From NCBI GenBank assembly GCA_038203635.1, contig JBBRDT010000003.1, positions 22,776-86,775 of the forward strand: DNA of 64,000 nucleotides, read 5' to 3'. The position numbers and the translations under genes were made by a program. The notes beneath the pieces were generated by a model. The model was given only the letters and a program-made list of their open reading frames with translations. It was not told the DNA's origin and ran no database searches. This stretch comes from Solirubrobacterales bacterium. GTDB lineage: Bacteria > Actinomycetota > Thermoleophilia > Solirubrobacterales > JBBDJG01. Positions 26,968 through 37,303 of the stretch are shown here, one piece after another. How positions within the stretch are numbered: the stretch's first letter is position 1; each line of letters begins with the position of its first letter.

Positions 26968-27897
26968 TCAGGCGCGCGGCACCCCGGCACTTTCGACGGC
27001 CGCCTCGCCGGGCACTTGCTCACCCTGGCGCTCGCCGCTCGCAAGCGACACGCCGATCAGGATCAGCACCAGTCCGCCGATCGCGGCGGGCGTGATCTCC
27101 TCGTCGAGCAGGATGGCGCCGTAGGCGAGCGCGAGCGGGGGGATCAGGTATCCGCACAGGGCCGCCTTGCCCGCGCCCGCCTCGGCGATCAGGCCGAAGT
27201 ACAGGACGAACGCGATCGCGGTGCCGACCACGCCGAGCGACACGACGGCCAGGATCTCGCCCGCGTCGGGGCTGTTGGCGCCGAGCGTCGCGAGGGCGGG
27301 CGGCAGCGTCAGCAGGGCGGCGACCGCACAGGCCCCGAAGCTGACCACCAGCGGCGGCACTCCCCGGAGCATCAGCCGGATGAACATCGCGCCCAGTCCG
27401 TAGGAGAGCGCGGCGCCCACCATCGCCAGCGCGCCCATGAACTCGCCGAAGCTGTGGATGGTGTCGATGCCGATCAGCATGATGATTCCGACGAAACCGA
27501 TCGTCACCCCGAACCAGCCGCGGCGATCGACCTTCTCCGTCGGGTCGATCAGCGGCGCGAGCGCCGCGATGAACAGCGGGCCCGGCGAGATCAGCACGCC
27601 CGTGAGGCCGGAGGAGATCTGCGTCTCACCGAGGCTGATCAGCGAGAACGGGATTCCCACGGCCAGCGCGCCCAGCACGAGCGTGCGCAGCGGCCGCTCG
27701 CGCAGGTAGCGCAGCGCCGCGCGCTCCTCGCCGCCGCGTATCTGGATGACCAGGTAGAGCAGCAGCGCCGCGCCCAACACGCGCGTGAACACGATCATCA
27801 TCGGCTCGAGCCCGTCGAGCGCGATCTTGATCAGCAGGTAGGAACCGCCCCAGATTCCCGAGACCGCCCCCAGCATCGCGAGCTGGCGGGGAGTCAA
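26968..27897 (-). CDS. EamA/DMT family transporter
   Basis: About ten hydrophobic spans, with SGIWGGSYLLIKIAL at the N-terminus. The start is TTG at 27897, 4 nt after the metG stop, or ATG at 27876. Confidence 0.8.
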   Translation of the reverse strand: MTPRQLAMLGAVSGIWGGSYLLIKIALDGLEPMMIVFTRVLGAALLLYLVIQIRGGEERAALRYLRERPLRTLVLGALAVGIPFSLISLGETQISSGLTGVLISPGPLFIAALAPLIDPTEKVDRRGWFGVTIGFVGIIMLIGIDTIHSFGEFMGALAMVGAALSYGLGAMFIRLMLRGVPPLVVSFGACAVAALLTLPPALATLGANSPDAGEILAVVSLGVVGTAIAFVLYFGLIAEAGAGKAALCGYLIPPLALAYGAILLDEEITPAAIGGLVLILIGVSLASGERQGEQVPGEAAVESAGVPRA

Positions 27898-27901
27898 CGC
27901 G

Positions 27902-29419
27902 CTACGCGGCCTGCGTTGCTTCGACCTTCGGGAACAGCGGCGGGAGCTTGCCGACGGTCGCACCACCCGGCACGGCGCCGAACGTCGCGCGCTGGAGCGA
28001 CGTGTCCGTCTGGCCGAGCGCCTCCAGCAGGCGGGTCGTGGTGTCCGGCATGTACGGGTGCAGCAGGACGCTGACCGCCCGCAGGCCCTCGGCCAGTGCG
28101 TAGAGCACGGCGTCGAGCTGCTCGTCGTTGCCCTCCTTCGAAAGCGTCCACGGCGCCTGCTCCTCGACGTAACGGTTGAGCCGGCGCACGCCGCGCGACC
28201 AGATCTGCTCGAGCGCCGCGGTCAGCTCCGCACGGTCCAAGCGCTCGCACACCTCTTCCGGAAGCCCCGCGAAGTCCCCGGCAAGGGCGGCCGGCGCCTG
28301 CACGTCGGGCACGACGCCGTCGCGGTAGCGCGCGATCATCGCCAGCGTGCGGTTCGCGAGGTTGCCGTACTCGTTTGCGAGCTCGGTGTTGTAACGGGCC
28401 TCGAAGCCCTCGGTCGAGACCGACCCGTCCTGGCCGAAGCTGACCTCGCGCATGCAATAGTGGCGCAGCGCGTCGGTGCCGAACACCTCGATCACCTTGA
28501 ACGGGTCGAGCACGTTGCCGAGCGACTTCGACATCTTCTCGCCCTGCATCAGCAGGAACCCGTGGATGAACAGGTGGCGCGGGACCTCGACCTCCGCGGC
28601 CATCAGCATCGCGGGCCAGATCACCGCGTGGAACTTGAGGATGTCCTTGCCGATCAGGTGGAAGTCGGCCGGCCAATACCGGCTGGTGAGATCTTCGCCC
28701 GGGCGTGCGTAGGTGAGCGCCGTGTAGTAGTTGAGGAGCGCGTCGAACCAGACGTAGAACACCTGGCTCTCGTCCCACGGCGCCTTCACGCCCCAACGCA
28801 GGCGCGCGCGTGTGCAGGACACGTCCTCGAGACCTTGGCGGATGAAGCCCACCGCCTCGTTGTAGCGCTCGCGCGGCATCACGAAGTCGGGTCGCTCGGC
28901 ATACAGCTGCTCGAGCCGCTCCTGGTAGGAGGACAGCCGGAAGAAGTAGTTGTCCTCCTTCTCCCAGTTCAGCTCGATCTTGTGGATCGGGCACTTGTTG
29001 CCGTCGATGATCTCCTGCTCGTTCTTGAAGTCGGCGCAGCGCGGGCAGTACCAGCCCTCGTAGGTGCCGGGATAGATCTCGCCGCGGTCGTAGAGGTCCT
29101 GCATGAAGCGCTGGACCTCGGCGCCGTGCTCGGGGTCGGAGGTGCGGATGAAGAAGTCGTGGGAGGCGTTGACCTGCTCGGCCATCTCCTTGAAGTGCAC
29201 GACGTTGCGGTCGGCCAGCTCGCGCGGAGGGATGCCCTCGCGCTCGGCCACGTCCGCGACCGGCTCGCCGTGCTCGTCGGTGCCGGTCAGGAAGAATGTG
29301 TCCTCGCCGCGCTGGCGCATGTGCCGGGCGAGCACGTCGGCGGCGATCGTCGTGTACGCGTGGCCCAGGTGCGGCTGTGCGTTCACGTAGTAGATGGGTG
29401 TCGTGACGTAGAAGCTCAC
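27902..29419 (-). CDS. metG: Methionine--tRNA ligase
   Basis: Contains TTPIYYVNAQPHLGHAY (HIGH region) and KMSKSLGN, at class I MetRS length. Confidence 0.95.
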   Translation of the reverse strand: MSFYVTTPIYYVNAQPHLGHAYTTIAADVLARHMRQRGEDTFFLTGTDEHGEPVADVAEREGIPPRELADRNVVHFKEMAEQVNASHDFFIRTSDPEHGAEVQRFMQDLYDRGEIYPGTYEGWYCPRCADFKNEQEIIDGNKCPIHKIELNWEKEDNYFFRLSSYQERLEQLYAERPDFVMPRERYNEAVGFIRQGLEDVSCTRARLRWGVKAPWDESQVFYVWFDALLNYYTALTYARPGEDLTSRYWPADFHLIGKDILKFHAVIWPAMLMAAEVEVPRHLFIHGFLLMQGEKMSKSLGNVLDPFKVIEVFGTDALRHYCMREVSFGQDGSVSTEGFEARYNTELANEYGNLANRTLAMIARYRDGVVPDVQAPAALAGDFAGLPEEVCERLDRAELTAALEQIWSRGVRRLNRYVEEQAPWTLSKEGNDEQLDAVLYALAEGLRAVSVLLHPYMPDTTTRLLEALGQTDTSLQRATFGAVPGGATVGKLPPLFPKVEATQAA

Positions 29420-29484
29420 GGGGACTCTGAATATAGAACGCGTGTGCGGGGCGACCTCGTGATACGGCTAGATGGGGCACTAGG

Positions 29485-29889
29485 ATGCGCGCTCCGATGG
29501 GCGCTCGTCAGCACGTCTCCTCCGGCTCGCCGTACGAGCCGAAGATCGGCATCAGCCGTGCCGTGCGGTCCGGAGATCGCGTGCTCGTGTCGGGCACGGC
29601 GCCGATCTGGCCGGACGGGTCCTGCGATCCGGATGCCGCCGTTCAGGCGGGCCGGTGCTTCGAGATCATCGTCGCCGCGCTGCGAGAGCTGGGAGCGGAA
29701 CCGGCCGACGTCGTGCGGACGCGAATGTTCATCACGGACCCGGCCGACGGCGAGGCGGTCGGCGCAGCGCACGCCGAGGTGTTCGGCGAGGCCCGGCCCG
29801 TCTCCACGATGGTCGTGGTGACCGGCTTCCTCGACCCGCGCTGGAAGGTGGAGATCGAGGCCGAGGCCATCGTGGGCACTTCGCCATAA
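29485..29889 (+). CDS. RidA/YjgF family protein
   Basis: 134 aa. Contains VLVSGTAP...RTRMFITD...VEIEAEAIV, typical of the Rid family. Confidence 0.8.
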   Translation: MRAPMGARQHVSSGSPYEPKIGISRAVRSGDRVLVSGTAPIWPDGSCDPDAAVQAGRCFEIIVAALRELGAEPADVVRTRMFITDPADGEAVGAAHAEVFGEARPVSTMVVVTGFLDPRWKVEIEAEAIVGTSP

Positions 29890-29898
29890 GCTGTAGCC

Positions 29899-30384
29899 AT
29901 GACAACCCAAACCGATTTCACAGAAGAGGAGTGGGTGCGCCTCGAGCGCTCCCCGATCGTCGCGTCCATGGCGATCTCACTGGCCGACCCCGGTGGCCCG
30001 ATCGAGGCCATCAAGGAGTCGATGGCCGGGATCAAGACCGTCACCGAGGCCGCGCAGTCGACCGACCAGCCCGAGCTGATCCGGGAGGTCGCCAAGAGCT
30101 TCACGGAGAAGACGCGCGCCCGGCAGAGCCCGCTCAAGGACTTCAGGCCCAAGGGCGCGATGGCCGGCCAGATGATCCTGGACGAGCTGCGCGCCGTGAA
30201 CGGCATGGTCACGCAGAAGGCCACGCCCGAAGAGGCCGCCGCCTTCCGCGATTGGCTCCTCGCGTCGGCCAAGCGCGCGGCCGAGGCCGCGAAGGAGGGC
30301 GGCTTCATGGGCTTCAAGGCCGAGCGCGTCAGCGAGGGCGAGCAGGAGATGCTCGACAAGCTCGCGAGCGTCCTCTCCGCCTGA
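29899..30384 (+). CDS. Hypothetical protein (all-helical, acidic)
   Basis: 161-aa GC3-biased ORF. I do not recognise a family. Confidence 0.6.
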   Translation: MTTQTDFTEEEWVRLERSPIVASMAISLADPGGPIEAIKESMAGIKTVTEAAQSTDQPELIREVAKSFTEKTRARQSPLKDFRPKGAMAGQMILDELRAVNGMVTQKATPEEAAAFRDWLLASAKRAAEAAKEGGFMGFKAERVSEGEQEMLDKLASVLSA

Positions 30385-30405
30385 CGCGCTCCCAACGAGT
30401 GGACC

Positions 30406-30428
30406 TTTTTACCCCTTATAAGGGGGGG
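30406..30428. terminator. TTTTTA-CCCCTTATAAGGGG-GGAAA palindrome between convergent genes (weak bidirectional terminator candidate)
   Basis: A perfect 14-bp palindrome at 30412-30425 with a T-run on one side and an A-run on the other. The effective stem is only about 5 bp. Confidence 0.3.
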
Positions 30429-30432
30429 AAAC

Positions 30433-31245
30433 TCACCAATGGTTCGGCAGCGCGCGCCGGAACAAGCCGCGCGCGTCACGTAGTGCGCGCATAACCATCA
30501 CGGCGCGCCGATTGACGGCCGCGTTCGCGCGCACCAGCAGGCCACCGAACAGCATCACCGCCAGCAGTGCCAGGCCACCAAGCACCAACGGGCGCCCACG
30601 ATCCGGCGCGACGGCCGGGAGCCGCGGCGCGGACGGCGCCGCAACCGGATGCCGTACCTGACCGGTTTCCGCTCGCGCAACCGGGCCTGCCGGGACTCGC
30701 ACCGCGCGCTCCTGTGCGCGCCGCGGCGCGGCCACGGGTACCGGTGCGGGCGCACTCGCACCCCGGCCGTTCGGCGGCAGGAGCGACAACGGATCCACAT
30801 AGCGGGCCTCCACAGCGGCGAGCCGCACGCCGAAATGCAGGTGCGGCGCCGGCACCGAGCGCCGCCCCGTCGTCCCCACCTCACCGATAGCCGCACCGAT
30901 CGCCACCCGCTCACCGCGCGACACCGACACCCCGCCGAGATGCAGGTAGCTCGTCGCGTAGCGCCCGTCCGCGCTGCGAATCGCGACGACGTTGCCCGCC
31001 GCTCCGAGCGCCCCGGCGAACGTGACCCTCCCGGCCCGCGCCGCGACCACCGGCGTCCCGGCGTCCGCCGCGATGTCGATCCCGCGGTGCATCCCACCGG
31101 CGTAGGGCCGCGCGTTGTCGTTCGCATACATGGTGACGACGCTGCCGCGCACGGGCCATGTCCATCGCTCGCCGGCCCACGCGCCCGGCGCGCTCAGGAG
31201 CAGTGCGGAAGCAGTCGCCGCCAAGACGATGATCTTTCTGCGCAT
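30433..31245 (-). CDS. M23 family metallopeptidase with signal peptide and C-terminal TM anchor
   Basis: Contains HRGIDIAADAGTPVVAARAG, HLHFGVR, signal MRRKIIVLAATASALLLSAPGAWA and C-terminal LVLGGLALLAVMLFGGLLV. Confidence 0.85.
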   Translation of the reverse strand: MRRKIIVLAATASALLLSAPGAWAGERWTWPVRGSVVTMYANDNARPYAGGMHRGIDIAADAGTPVVAARAGRVTFAGALGAAGNVVAIRSADGRYATSYLHLGGVSVSRGERVAIGAAIGEVGTTGRRSVPAPHLHFGVRLAAVEARYVDPLSLLPPNGRGASAPAPVPVAAPRRAQERAVRVPAGPVARAETGQVRHPVAAPSAPRLPAVAPDRGRPLVLGGLALLAVMLFGGLLVRANAAVNRRAVMVMRALRDARGLFRRALPNHW

Positions 31246-31364
31246 CACAGCCGGCGACGCTAGCGCGCTGCGCGGATCGCGCAAGCCGCATATGACGCTT
31301 CTCTGACGCCTTTATTCCAACCGCGTCAGACGAACGGCGGAGAAGTTACGAATCGGCCTATGCT

Positions 31365-32237
31365 GTGCCCGCAGTGGCGGACCTCAGCTCAGTCATCTTC
31401 CTGCTGTTCTTCCTGAGCTTCCTCGCGCCGATGGTCACGCAGCGACTGCTCTCCACCCGTCGCTACCGGGCGATCCGAAAGCTCGAGCAAGCCCGCGGCT
31501 CGCGCGTCATCACCATGATCCATCGCCAGGAGTCGATCAGCCTGCTCGGCATCCCGTTGCGGAGGTTCATCGACGTCGAGGACTCCGAGCAGGTGCTCCG
31601 CGCGATCCGCCTGACGCCCGACACCGTGCCGCTCGACCTCGTCGTGCACACGCCCGGCGGCCTGGTGCTCGCAGCCGAGCAGATCTCCCGCGCGCTGCAC
31701 AAGCACCCCGCCAAGGTGACGGTGCTCGTGCCGCACTACGCGATGTCCGGCGGCACGCTGCTGGCCCTGGCCGCCGACGAGATCGTGATGGACGACAACG
31801 CGGTGCTCGGCCCGGTGGACCCGCAGATCGGCCAGTGGCCTGCCGCATCGATCATCAAGGTCGCGGAGTCGAAGCCGATCGAGCGCGTCGACGACGAGAC
31901 ACTGATCCTCGCCGACCTTTCGCGCAAGGCCATGAAGCAGATCAAGGAGTTCGTCGTGAGCAGGCTCCTCGACGACTTTCCTGCCGACCGCGCGAACGAG
32001 TTGGCCGAGCAGCTCACGTCCGGTCAGTGGACGCACGACTACCCGCTCACGAGCGACCAACTCACCGGCCTGGGCCTGCCCGTGAAGACCGAGCTGCCGC
32101 TGGAGGTCTACGAACTGATGGACCTCTATCCCCAGGTGGGCCGGCAGCGGCCCTCGGTGCAGTACGTGCCGATGCCGTATCGCGACCCTGTACCCGGCGC
32201 TAGGCGCGGTACAGGCGATTCGCCGGGATCCCGGTAA
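31365..32237 (+). CDS. SDH-family ClpP-fold serine proteinase, membrane-anchored
   Basis: N-terminal TM, then ITMIHRQE...LDLVVHTPGGLVLAAEQI...HYAMSGGTLLALAADEIVM, as in serine dehydrogenase proteinase family proteins. Confidence 0.75.
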   Translation: MPAVADLSSVIFLLFFLSFLAPMVTQRLLSTRRYRAIRKLEQARGSRVITMIHRQESISLLGIPLRRFIDVEDSEQVLRAIRLTPDTVPLDLVVHTPGGLVLAAEQISRALHKHPAKVTVLVPHYAMSGGTLLALAADEIVMDDNAVLGPVDPQIGQWPAASIIKVAESKPIERVDDETLILADLSRKAMKQIKEFVVSRLLDDFPADRANELAEQLTSGQWTHDYPLTSDQLTGLGLPVKTELPLEVYELMDLYPQVGRQRPSVQYVPMPYRDPVPGARRGTGDSPGSR

Positions 32238-33000
32238 GCCCGGACACGACCTTCGCGGCGGCCCTCCGTCGCGCGCCGGCCGCGACCAGCTCCTCCACCG
32301 CCTCCAGCGCGGGCGCGGCCTCGGAGGGCGCCTCCCCGGCCGGGCCCACCACCAGCACGATCTCGCCCCGCGCCCCGTCCGCAAACCGCTGTGCCACCTC
32401 GCGCGCCGTCCCGCGCACGACCTCCTCGTGCAGCTTCGTCAGCTCTCGGCACACCGCGACCGGGCGCTCGGGATCGACCTCGGCTGCCACCCTCAGGGTC
32501 CGCGCCAGGCGACCCGGCGACTCGAACGCGACGAGCGTCTCGTCACCGCGCTCGAGCTCGGCACGTAACTCTCCCTCCTTGCGCGGCAAGAAGCCGGCGA
32601 AGCGCCAGCGCTCGGCCGGCAGGCCGGACGCGACCAGCGCGGTCACGACCGCCGACGGGCCCGGGAGCACCTCCACCGGCAGGCCGCGCGCGATGCACTC
32701 GCGCACGAGCACGAATCCAGGGTCCGACACACTCGGCGTGCCCGCGTCGCTCACGAGCACGATCCGCTCGCCCGCCGCGATCCGCTGCGCCAGCTCGCTC
32801 GTGCGGCGACGCTCGTTGTGCTCGTGGAAACTGACCAGCCGCGCCTCGATCCCGTGGCGATCGAGCAGCTTGCGCGTGTGGCGGGTGTCCTCGCATGCGA
32901 CCACATCGGCCTCGCGCAGCGCGCGCAGCACTCGCAGCGTCACGTCCTCGAGGTTGCCGATCGGAGTTGGGCAGACGAGCAGCCGTCCCGCCACCGACAC
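32200..33000 (-). CDS. rsmI: 16S rRNA (cytidine1402-2'-O)-methyltransferase
   Basis: Contains LLVCPTPIGNLEDVTLRVLRALREADVVACEDTRHTRKLL and SDAGTPSVSDPG. Confidence 0.9.
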   Translation of the reverse strand: MSVAGRLLVCPTPIGNLEDVTLRVLRALREADVVACEDTRHTRKLLDRHGIEARLVSFHEHNERRRTSELAQRIAAGERIVLVSDAGTPSVSDPGFVLVRECIARGLPVEVLPGPSAVVTALVASGLPAERWRFAGFLPRKEGELRAELERGDETLVAFESPGRLARTLRVAAEVDPERPVAVCRELTKLHEEVVRGTAREVAQRFADGARGEIVLVVGPAGEAPSEAAPALEAVEELVAAGARRRAAAKVVSGLTGIPANRLYRA

Positions 33001-33003
33001 GTC

Positions 33004-33975
33004 TCAGTTCAGTTCGTCGAGTGCCAGCACCCCGGCGCCCAGCATCCCGGCCTCGGGTCCGAACCGGGCCGGCATGACGCGCACCTGCTCGCGGTTGGGT
33101 CGCAGGCCGCGTGCCCGCATCTCCTCGCGCGCCGGATCGAGCAGCAGGTCGCCCGCGGCCATCGCGCCGCCGCCGACGACGATCACCTCGGGGTTGAAGA
33201 TGTTGACGAAGTTCGCGAAGCCGATCCCGAGCTGCCGGCCGATGTGCCCGAGCACCATGCGTGAGACCTCGTCCCCGCCGAGCGCCAGCTGCGTGACCAG
33301 CTCGCCCGTGATCTCCTGCCCGGCAACCGCCGCGCGTGCGAGATCGGAGTCCGAGTCCTCCTCGGCGGCAACCTTGCCCTCCCGCCCGATGGCGGTGCCC
33401 GATGCCACCGCCTCGAGGCAGCCGTAGTTGGGGCAGTTGCCCTGGCAGCGGGGCCCGTTCTCGTCGATCACCATGTGACCGAGCTCCGCGCCGGAGCCTG
33501 TGTGTCCCCGGTAGAGCTTGCCGTCGAGGAGCAGGCCGCCGCCGATGCCGGTGCCGATCGTCAGGCCCACGACGTAGTTCGCCCCGCGGGCGGCGCCGAA
33601 GCGAGCTTCGACGAGCGTCGCGACATTCGCGTCGTTGTCGATGAACACGGGTAGCCCGAGACGCTCGGACATCACGTCGCGGAACGGGATGTCGGCGAGG
33701 GGGAGGTTCACGCACATCACCGCGTGCCCATCGCGCTGGTCGATCAGGCACGGGATCCCGAATCCGATCGCCTCGGCGTCGGGATGGTGCGCCACCAGCT
33801 CCGTCGCCGCTTCGACGATGGCCTCCATCAGCGCCTGCTCGGAGAGGCCCTCCACAAGCCGGTGCACGCGGTCGTGCACCTCGAGCTGCTCGTCGATGAC
33901 ACCGCCGAGCAGCTTCGTGCCGCCGAGGTCCATACCGATGACCTTGCGGCTCATGCGTGGGGGCGTTGCGGCCAC
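33004..33975 (-). CDS. ROK family glucokinase
   Basis: Contains IGMDLGGTK, GIGGGLLLDGKLYRG, and the Cys cluster CQGNCPNYGCLE. Confidence 0.85.
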   Translation of the reverse strand: MAATPPRMSRKVIGMDLGGTKLLGGVIDEQLEVHDRVHRLVEGLSEQALMEAIVEAATELVAHHPDAEAIGFGIPCLIDQRDGHAVMCVNLPLADIPFRDVMSERLGLPVFIDNDANVATLVEARFGAARGANYVVGLTIGTGIGGGLLLDGKLYRGHTGSGAELGHMVIDENGPRCQGNCPNYGCLEAVASGTAIGREGKVAAEEDSDSDLARAAVAGQEITGELVTQLALGGDEVSRMVLGHIGRQLGIGFANFVNIFNPEVIVVGGGAMAAGDLLLDPAREEMRARGLRPNREQVRVMPARFGPEAGMLGAGVLALDELN

Positions 33976-34067
33976 TGAGGCAATATATGGACTAGTGCGG
34001 GTGGGAAGGGACAGGCCCCCTCCGCCCGAATCCCCTCGGGAGAAGGGCGACCCGCCCTCGTTTCGCT

Positions 34068-35207
34068 ATGCCCTCCGACAAGCCCGAATACCGCGTCTAC
34101 CGCTCACGTCCCGGGATCCTGAACCGCCTGTTTCGCAGGCGGGACGCGGGGCGCTTCGATCGCCACGAGCCGGAGAACCGCTTCAGCCAGCTCGTGAAGC
34201 GAGGCCCGGAGGAGGGTCCCGCAGCACCACCGGCGGCCGGCGCTCCGGGCGAGGTCGCACCGCCGCCGGTACCGCCGCCGACATTTCCCCCGCCCTACGA
34301 GCCGCCGGGCGAGCCCTGGTACCGCCGGATCACCTGGAAGCGGGCGGTCGTCGGCGTGATCCTCTTCATCCTCTTCTGGATCGCACTCAGCTTCGCGCTC
34401 TTCATGATCAGCGCGGGCCAGCAGAACGACCACATCTCGGACGCGACGCGGTCCGCCCTCGACGACTCGGGGAACATGCTCACGAGCCCGAACAACATCC
34501 TCGTGCTCGGCTCCGACCGCCGCCCCGGCGAGGAGCGCGGCCGCGCGGACACGATCATGCTGATGCGCTACGGCGGCGGCAAGGCCGCGCGCCTGTCGAT
34601 CCCGCGGGACACGCTCGTCAACATCCCCGGCACCGGGCTGAGCAAGATCAACGCGGCCTACGCGATCGGCGGCCGGCCGCTGATGATCGAGACGGTCAAG
34701 CAGTTCCTCGGCATCGAGGTGAACCACCTGATTGAGGTCGACTTCAAGGGCTTCCCGAAATTCGTCGACGCGCTCGGTGGAGTGGACATGACGTTCGAGA
34801 AGTGCATCCGCTCGCGGTTCGAAGGCCGCACGCACCGCTTCAAGAAGGGCGAGAACCACCTCGACGGTGAGGAGGCGCTCGACGTCGTGCGCATCCGCAA
34901 GAACGCGTGTGCGCCCGAGGAGTCGGACCTGACCCGCGCGCGCCGCCAGCAGCAGTTCCTCGAGGCGGTGAAGGGCAAGCTCTTCAGCCCCTTCACGTTC
35001 CCGCGCTGGCCGTGGGCCGCGTGGCGCGCGCCGAAGGCGATCCTGTCCGACATGGGCGGCCTCCAGCTGATGGCCCTGTACTGGAACATGGAATGGAGCG
35101 GCGACCTGAAGCCGCGCATCCTGCGCCCGATCGACCCGGGCGCCAACCCCCTCCAGGTGTCCGACGCGGAGAAGCAGGCCGAGGTGCAGCGCTTCCTCGA
35201 CGGCTAG
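34068..35207 (+). CDS. LCP (LytR-CpsA-Psr) family cell-envelope phosphotransferase
   Basis: N-terminal TM, then NILVLGSDRR...RADTIMLMR...IPRDTLVNIPG...KINAAY. Confidence 0.85.
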   Translation: MPSDKPEYRVYRSRPGILNRLFRRRDAGRFDRHEPENRFSQLVKRGPEEGPAAPPAAGAPGEVAPPPVPPPTFPPPYEPPGEPWYRRITWKRAVVGVILFILFWIALSFALFMISAGQQNDHISDATRSALDDSGNMLTSPNNILVLGSDRRPGEERGRADTIMLMRYGGGKAARLSIPRDTLVNIPGTGLSKINAAYAIGGRPLMIETVKQFLGIEVNHLIEVDFKGFPKFVDALGGVDMTFEKCIRSRFEGRTHRFKKGENHLDGEEALDVVRIRKNACAPEESDLTRARRQQQFLEAVKGKLFSPFTFPRWPWAAWRAPKAILSDMGGLQLMALYWNMEWSGDLKPRILRPIDPGANPLQVSDAEKQAEVQRFLDG

Positions 35208-35564
35208 CTACGCCAGCCTGCGGCCGAGCACGTAGCCCGCCGTCGCGGCGGCGATCCCGCCCACCACTGACACCGCGACGTAGGCCACGGCCTTCTCCGG
35301 GCGGCCGCCGTCCACCTCGAGCACGGCCTGTACGGAGAACGTCGAGAACGTCGTGAACCCACCCAGGAACCCGACTCCGAGTGCCTCGCGCGCGTCTCGC
35401 GAGAACCAGTGCTCGGCGGCGAGCAGGCCGAGCAGGAAGGATCCGGCGACGTTGATGCCGGCCGTCGTCCAGAGCAGGGCCTCGGTATGGAGGGTGAGAC
35501 GGGTGAGGCCGTAGCGGGCCAGCACCCCGGCCAGCCCGGCACCACCGACGAGCAGTGTGGTCAC
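35208..35564 (-). CDS. crcB: Fluoride ion channel CrcB/FluC
   Basis: 118 aa, four TM spans, with the GFLGGFTTFSTFS motif. Confidence 0.9.
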   Translation of the reverse strand: MTTLLVGGAGLAGVLARYGLTRLTLHTEALLWTTAGINVAGSFLLGLLAAEHWFSRDAREALGVGFLGGFTTFSTFSVQAVLEVDGGRPEKAVAYVAVSVVGGIAAATAGYVLGRRLA

Positions 35565-35582
35565 GCGGCGGTTCTAGCGGAT

Positions 35583-37136
35583 CTAGCGGACGCGGAAGCG
35601 GCGGGCCTTCGATACCGAGTTGCCGGCAGCATCGGTCAACCGAAACCGCACCCGGTATCTACCGCGGTGTGGACGCCCGAGCCGAACACGTTGCACCCGA
35701 GCGCTCAACTGGCGCGCCTTGAGCCGCTTCACGCGCCGCGTCCCCCGCCGCACCGAGCCCGAGAACCGCGCCCGCTCCGACAGCCGGAAGCGCAGCACAT
35801 ACCCGCGACGCGTGCGCAAGATGCGAATCCCTGTGGCGCGCGGGGCGCTGCGGTCCTGGACGCCGCCGCCGGGCCCGCCCGCGCTCGGCGCGGACGGTGT
35901 GCCGTACTCGAACGCGCCGATGTCGAGCGGACCGTCGGTGGGGCGCGCGATCGCCTGCGTCGCAAGCACGTGCTGTGGAGGTGTCCACGTCGGAGGAACA
36001 GGGCTGACGGCCGCATCCGGGCCCGCGTTGCGGATCGGCGAGCCCGCGGCCGGGCGCAGGTCGAGCGCCGCGACGTCGGCGAACCCTGGATCGGTCCCGC
36101 CGATCGTGCCCGTCCACTCCGGCGGCACGTTCTGCGATCCACTCGTCACCCAGTTGCGGTCGCCGCTCACGTTGCGGCCGGCGACCCAGGTGGCCTCGAC
36201 CTCGCGCAGCAGGTTGACCGGCGCGCCGCCTCCGCTGAAGACGTTTCCGTACATCGCAACGCTCTCGAGGTCGTCGAACAGGCGGAACACGGCGCTGCCG
36301 CCCGGGCGCGTGAGAACCGTGTTGAACGCGAAGCGGTAGCGGCCCGCGCTCGCGCCGGTGCCGTCGCCGCCGAAACGCACCACGGAGAAGCTGTTCAGCT
36401 TGTGCAGCACGTTGCCGACGACGTCCGAGTCCTCGCGCACGCCCGGCAGCGCGTTTCCACCGGCCGGGTCGGGGCCGATCAGCTCCAGCTCGTGATAGAG
36501 CGCGCCCTCGATCCAGTTGAAGTAGATCTCGTTGCGCTGCGCGCGGCTCTTGACTGCGTTGCCGCCGTTCGAGCTGTGCACGTAGTTGAACTGCATCCGG
36601 AACACCGACCCCGGATACGTGGCCTCGTCCGTAGCCATGTAGATCGAGTGGTCGAACGTTCCCCCGCCACAACCGTAGATCTCGGAGTACTCGAGCGTGA
36701 ACGACCCGGAGTCGTCGTCGGCACCGAGCACGCCCTGCTTCGGGCAGTCGTGTATGAGGAGGTCACGGGCCACCACGTCGGCCGCGTGGTGGTACAGGCA
36801 GCGAGCGCTGCCGCCGGTGATCTCGAGCCCCTCGAGCACATGGTGGTTAGCCCGCACCTCGATGGTGTTCGACCCTCCCGCGATGTGCGGCCGGACCCCG
36901 CCGACCCGCACTCCACGGATCACGATCGGTTGGGCCGCGGTGCCCGCCCGATCCAGGATCACCCCGCCCGGGTACGTGGCGCCGCCGTACACGAGCGCGA
37001 CGTCGCCCGGGTCGAGCAGCGGCTCGACCGCCTGGAGATTGGCGTATGCCCTGCCCGGCCCGACCTCGTACGTGTCAGCCGCCGCGGGTGTGGCGACGAG
37101 CAGGAACAGACCCAGCGTCAGGAGGCGCAATCCCAT
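35583..37136 (-). CDS. Secreted right-handed parallel beta-helix repeat protein with a basic C-terminal DAAGN-type beta module
   Basis: Signal peptide. Repeated beta-helix turns (NHHVLEGLEITGG, ARDLLIHDC, YSEIYGCG). The C-terminus ...YRVRFRLTDAAGNSVSKARRFRVR resembles the C-terminus of the 6246-6986 protein. Confidence 0.75.
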   Translation of the reverse strand: MGLRLLTLGLFLLVATPAAADTYEVGPGRAYANLQAVEPLLDPGDVALVYGGATYPGGVILDRAGTAAQPIVIRGVRVGGVRPHIAGGSNTIEVRANHHVLEGLEITGGSARCLYHHAADVVARDLLIHDCPKQGVLGADDDSGSFTLEYSEIYGCGGGTFDHSIYMATDEATYPGSVFRMQFNYVHSSNGGNAVKSRAQRNEIYFNWIEGALYHELELIGPDPAGGNALPGVREDSDVVGNVLHKLNSFSVVRFGGDGTGASAGRYRFAFNTVLTRPGGSAVFRLFDDLESVAMYGNVFSGGGAPVNLLREVEATWVAGRNVSGDRNWVTSGSQNVPPEWTGTIGGTDPGFADVAALDLRPAAGSPIRNAGPDAAVSPVPPTWTPPQHVLATQAIARPTDGPLDIGAFEYGTPSAPSAGGPGGGVQDRSAPRATGIRILRTRRGYVLRFRLSERARFSGSVRRGTRRVKRLKARQLSARVQRVRLGRPHRGRYRVRFRLTDAAGNSVSKARRFRVR

Positions 37137-37303
37137 GACCCTTCAACGCTGTTATCGCCGTCGCCTCCACGTCACGAGAGCTGCTTGGACATGTATTGAG
37201 CGGCGGTCCCAGGCAATTCTTACTTTCATCTCACCGGTTTCTCAGGGTCAGCCGGTTTGATGGTCGAGGAGCAGACTTCGACAGCCAGACGCTAGGAGCG
37301 CCG

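Noticed and set aside
35565-35582. Fluoride riboswitch (crcB motif) upstream of crcB
   Set aside because: Only 18 nt separate crcB from the upstream gene. The region upstream of that gene (37137-37303, minus strand) lacks the GGCGAUG...CCGCC...GAUGA-type conserved core when read by eye. A covariance-model search would be needed to be certain.
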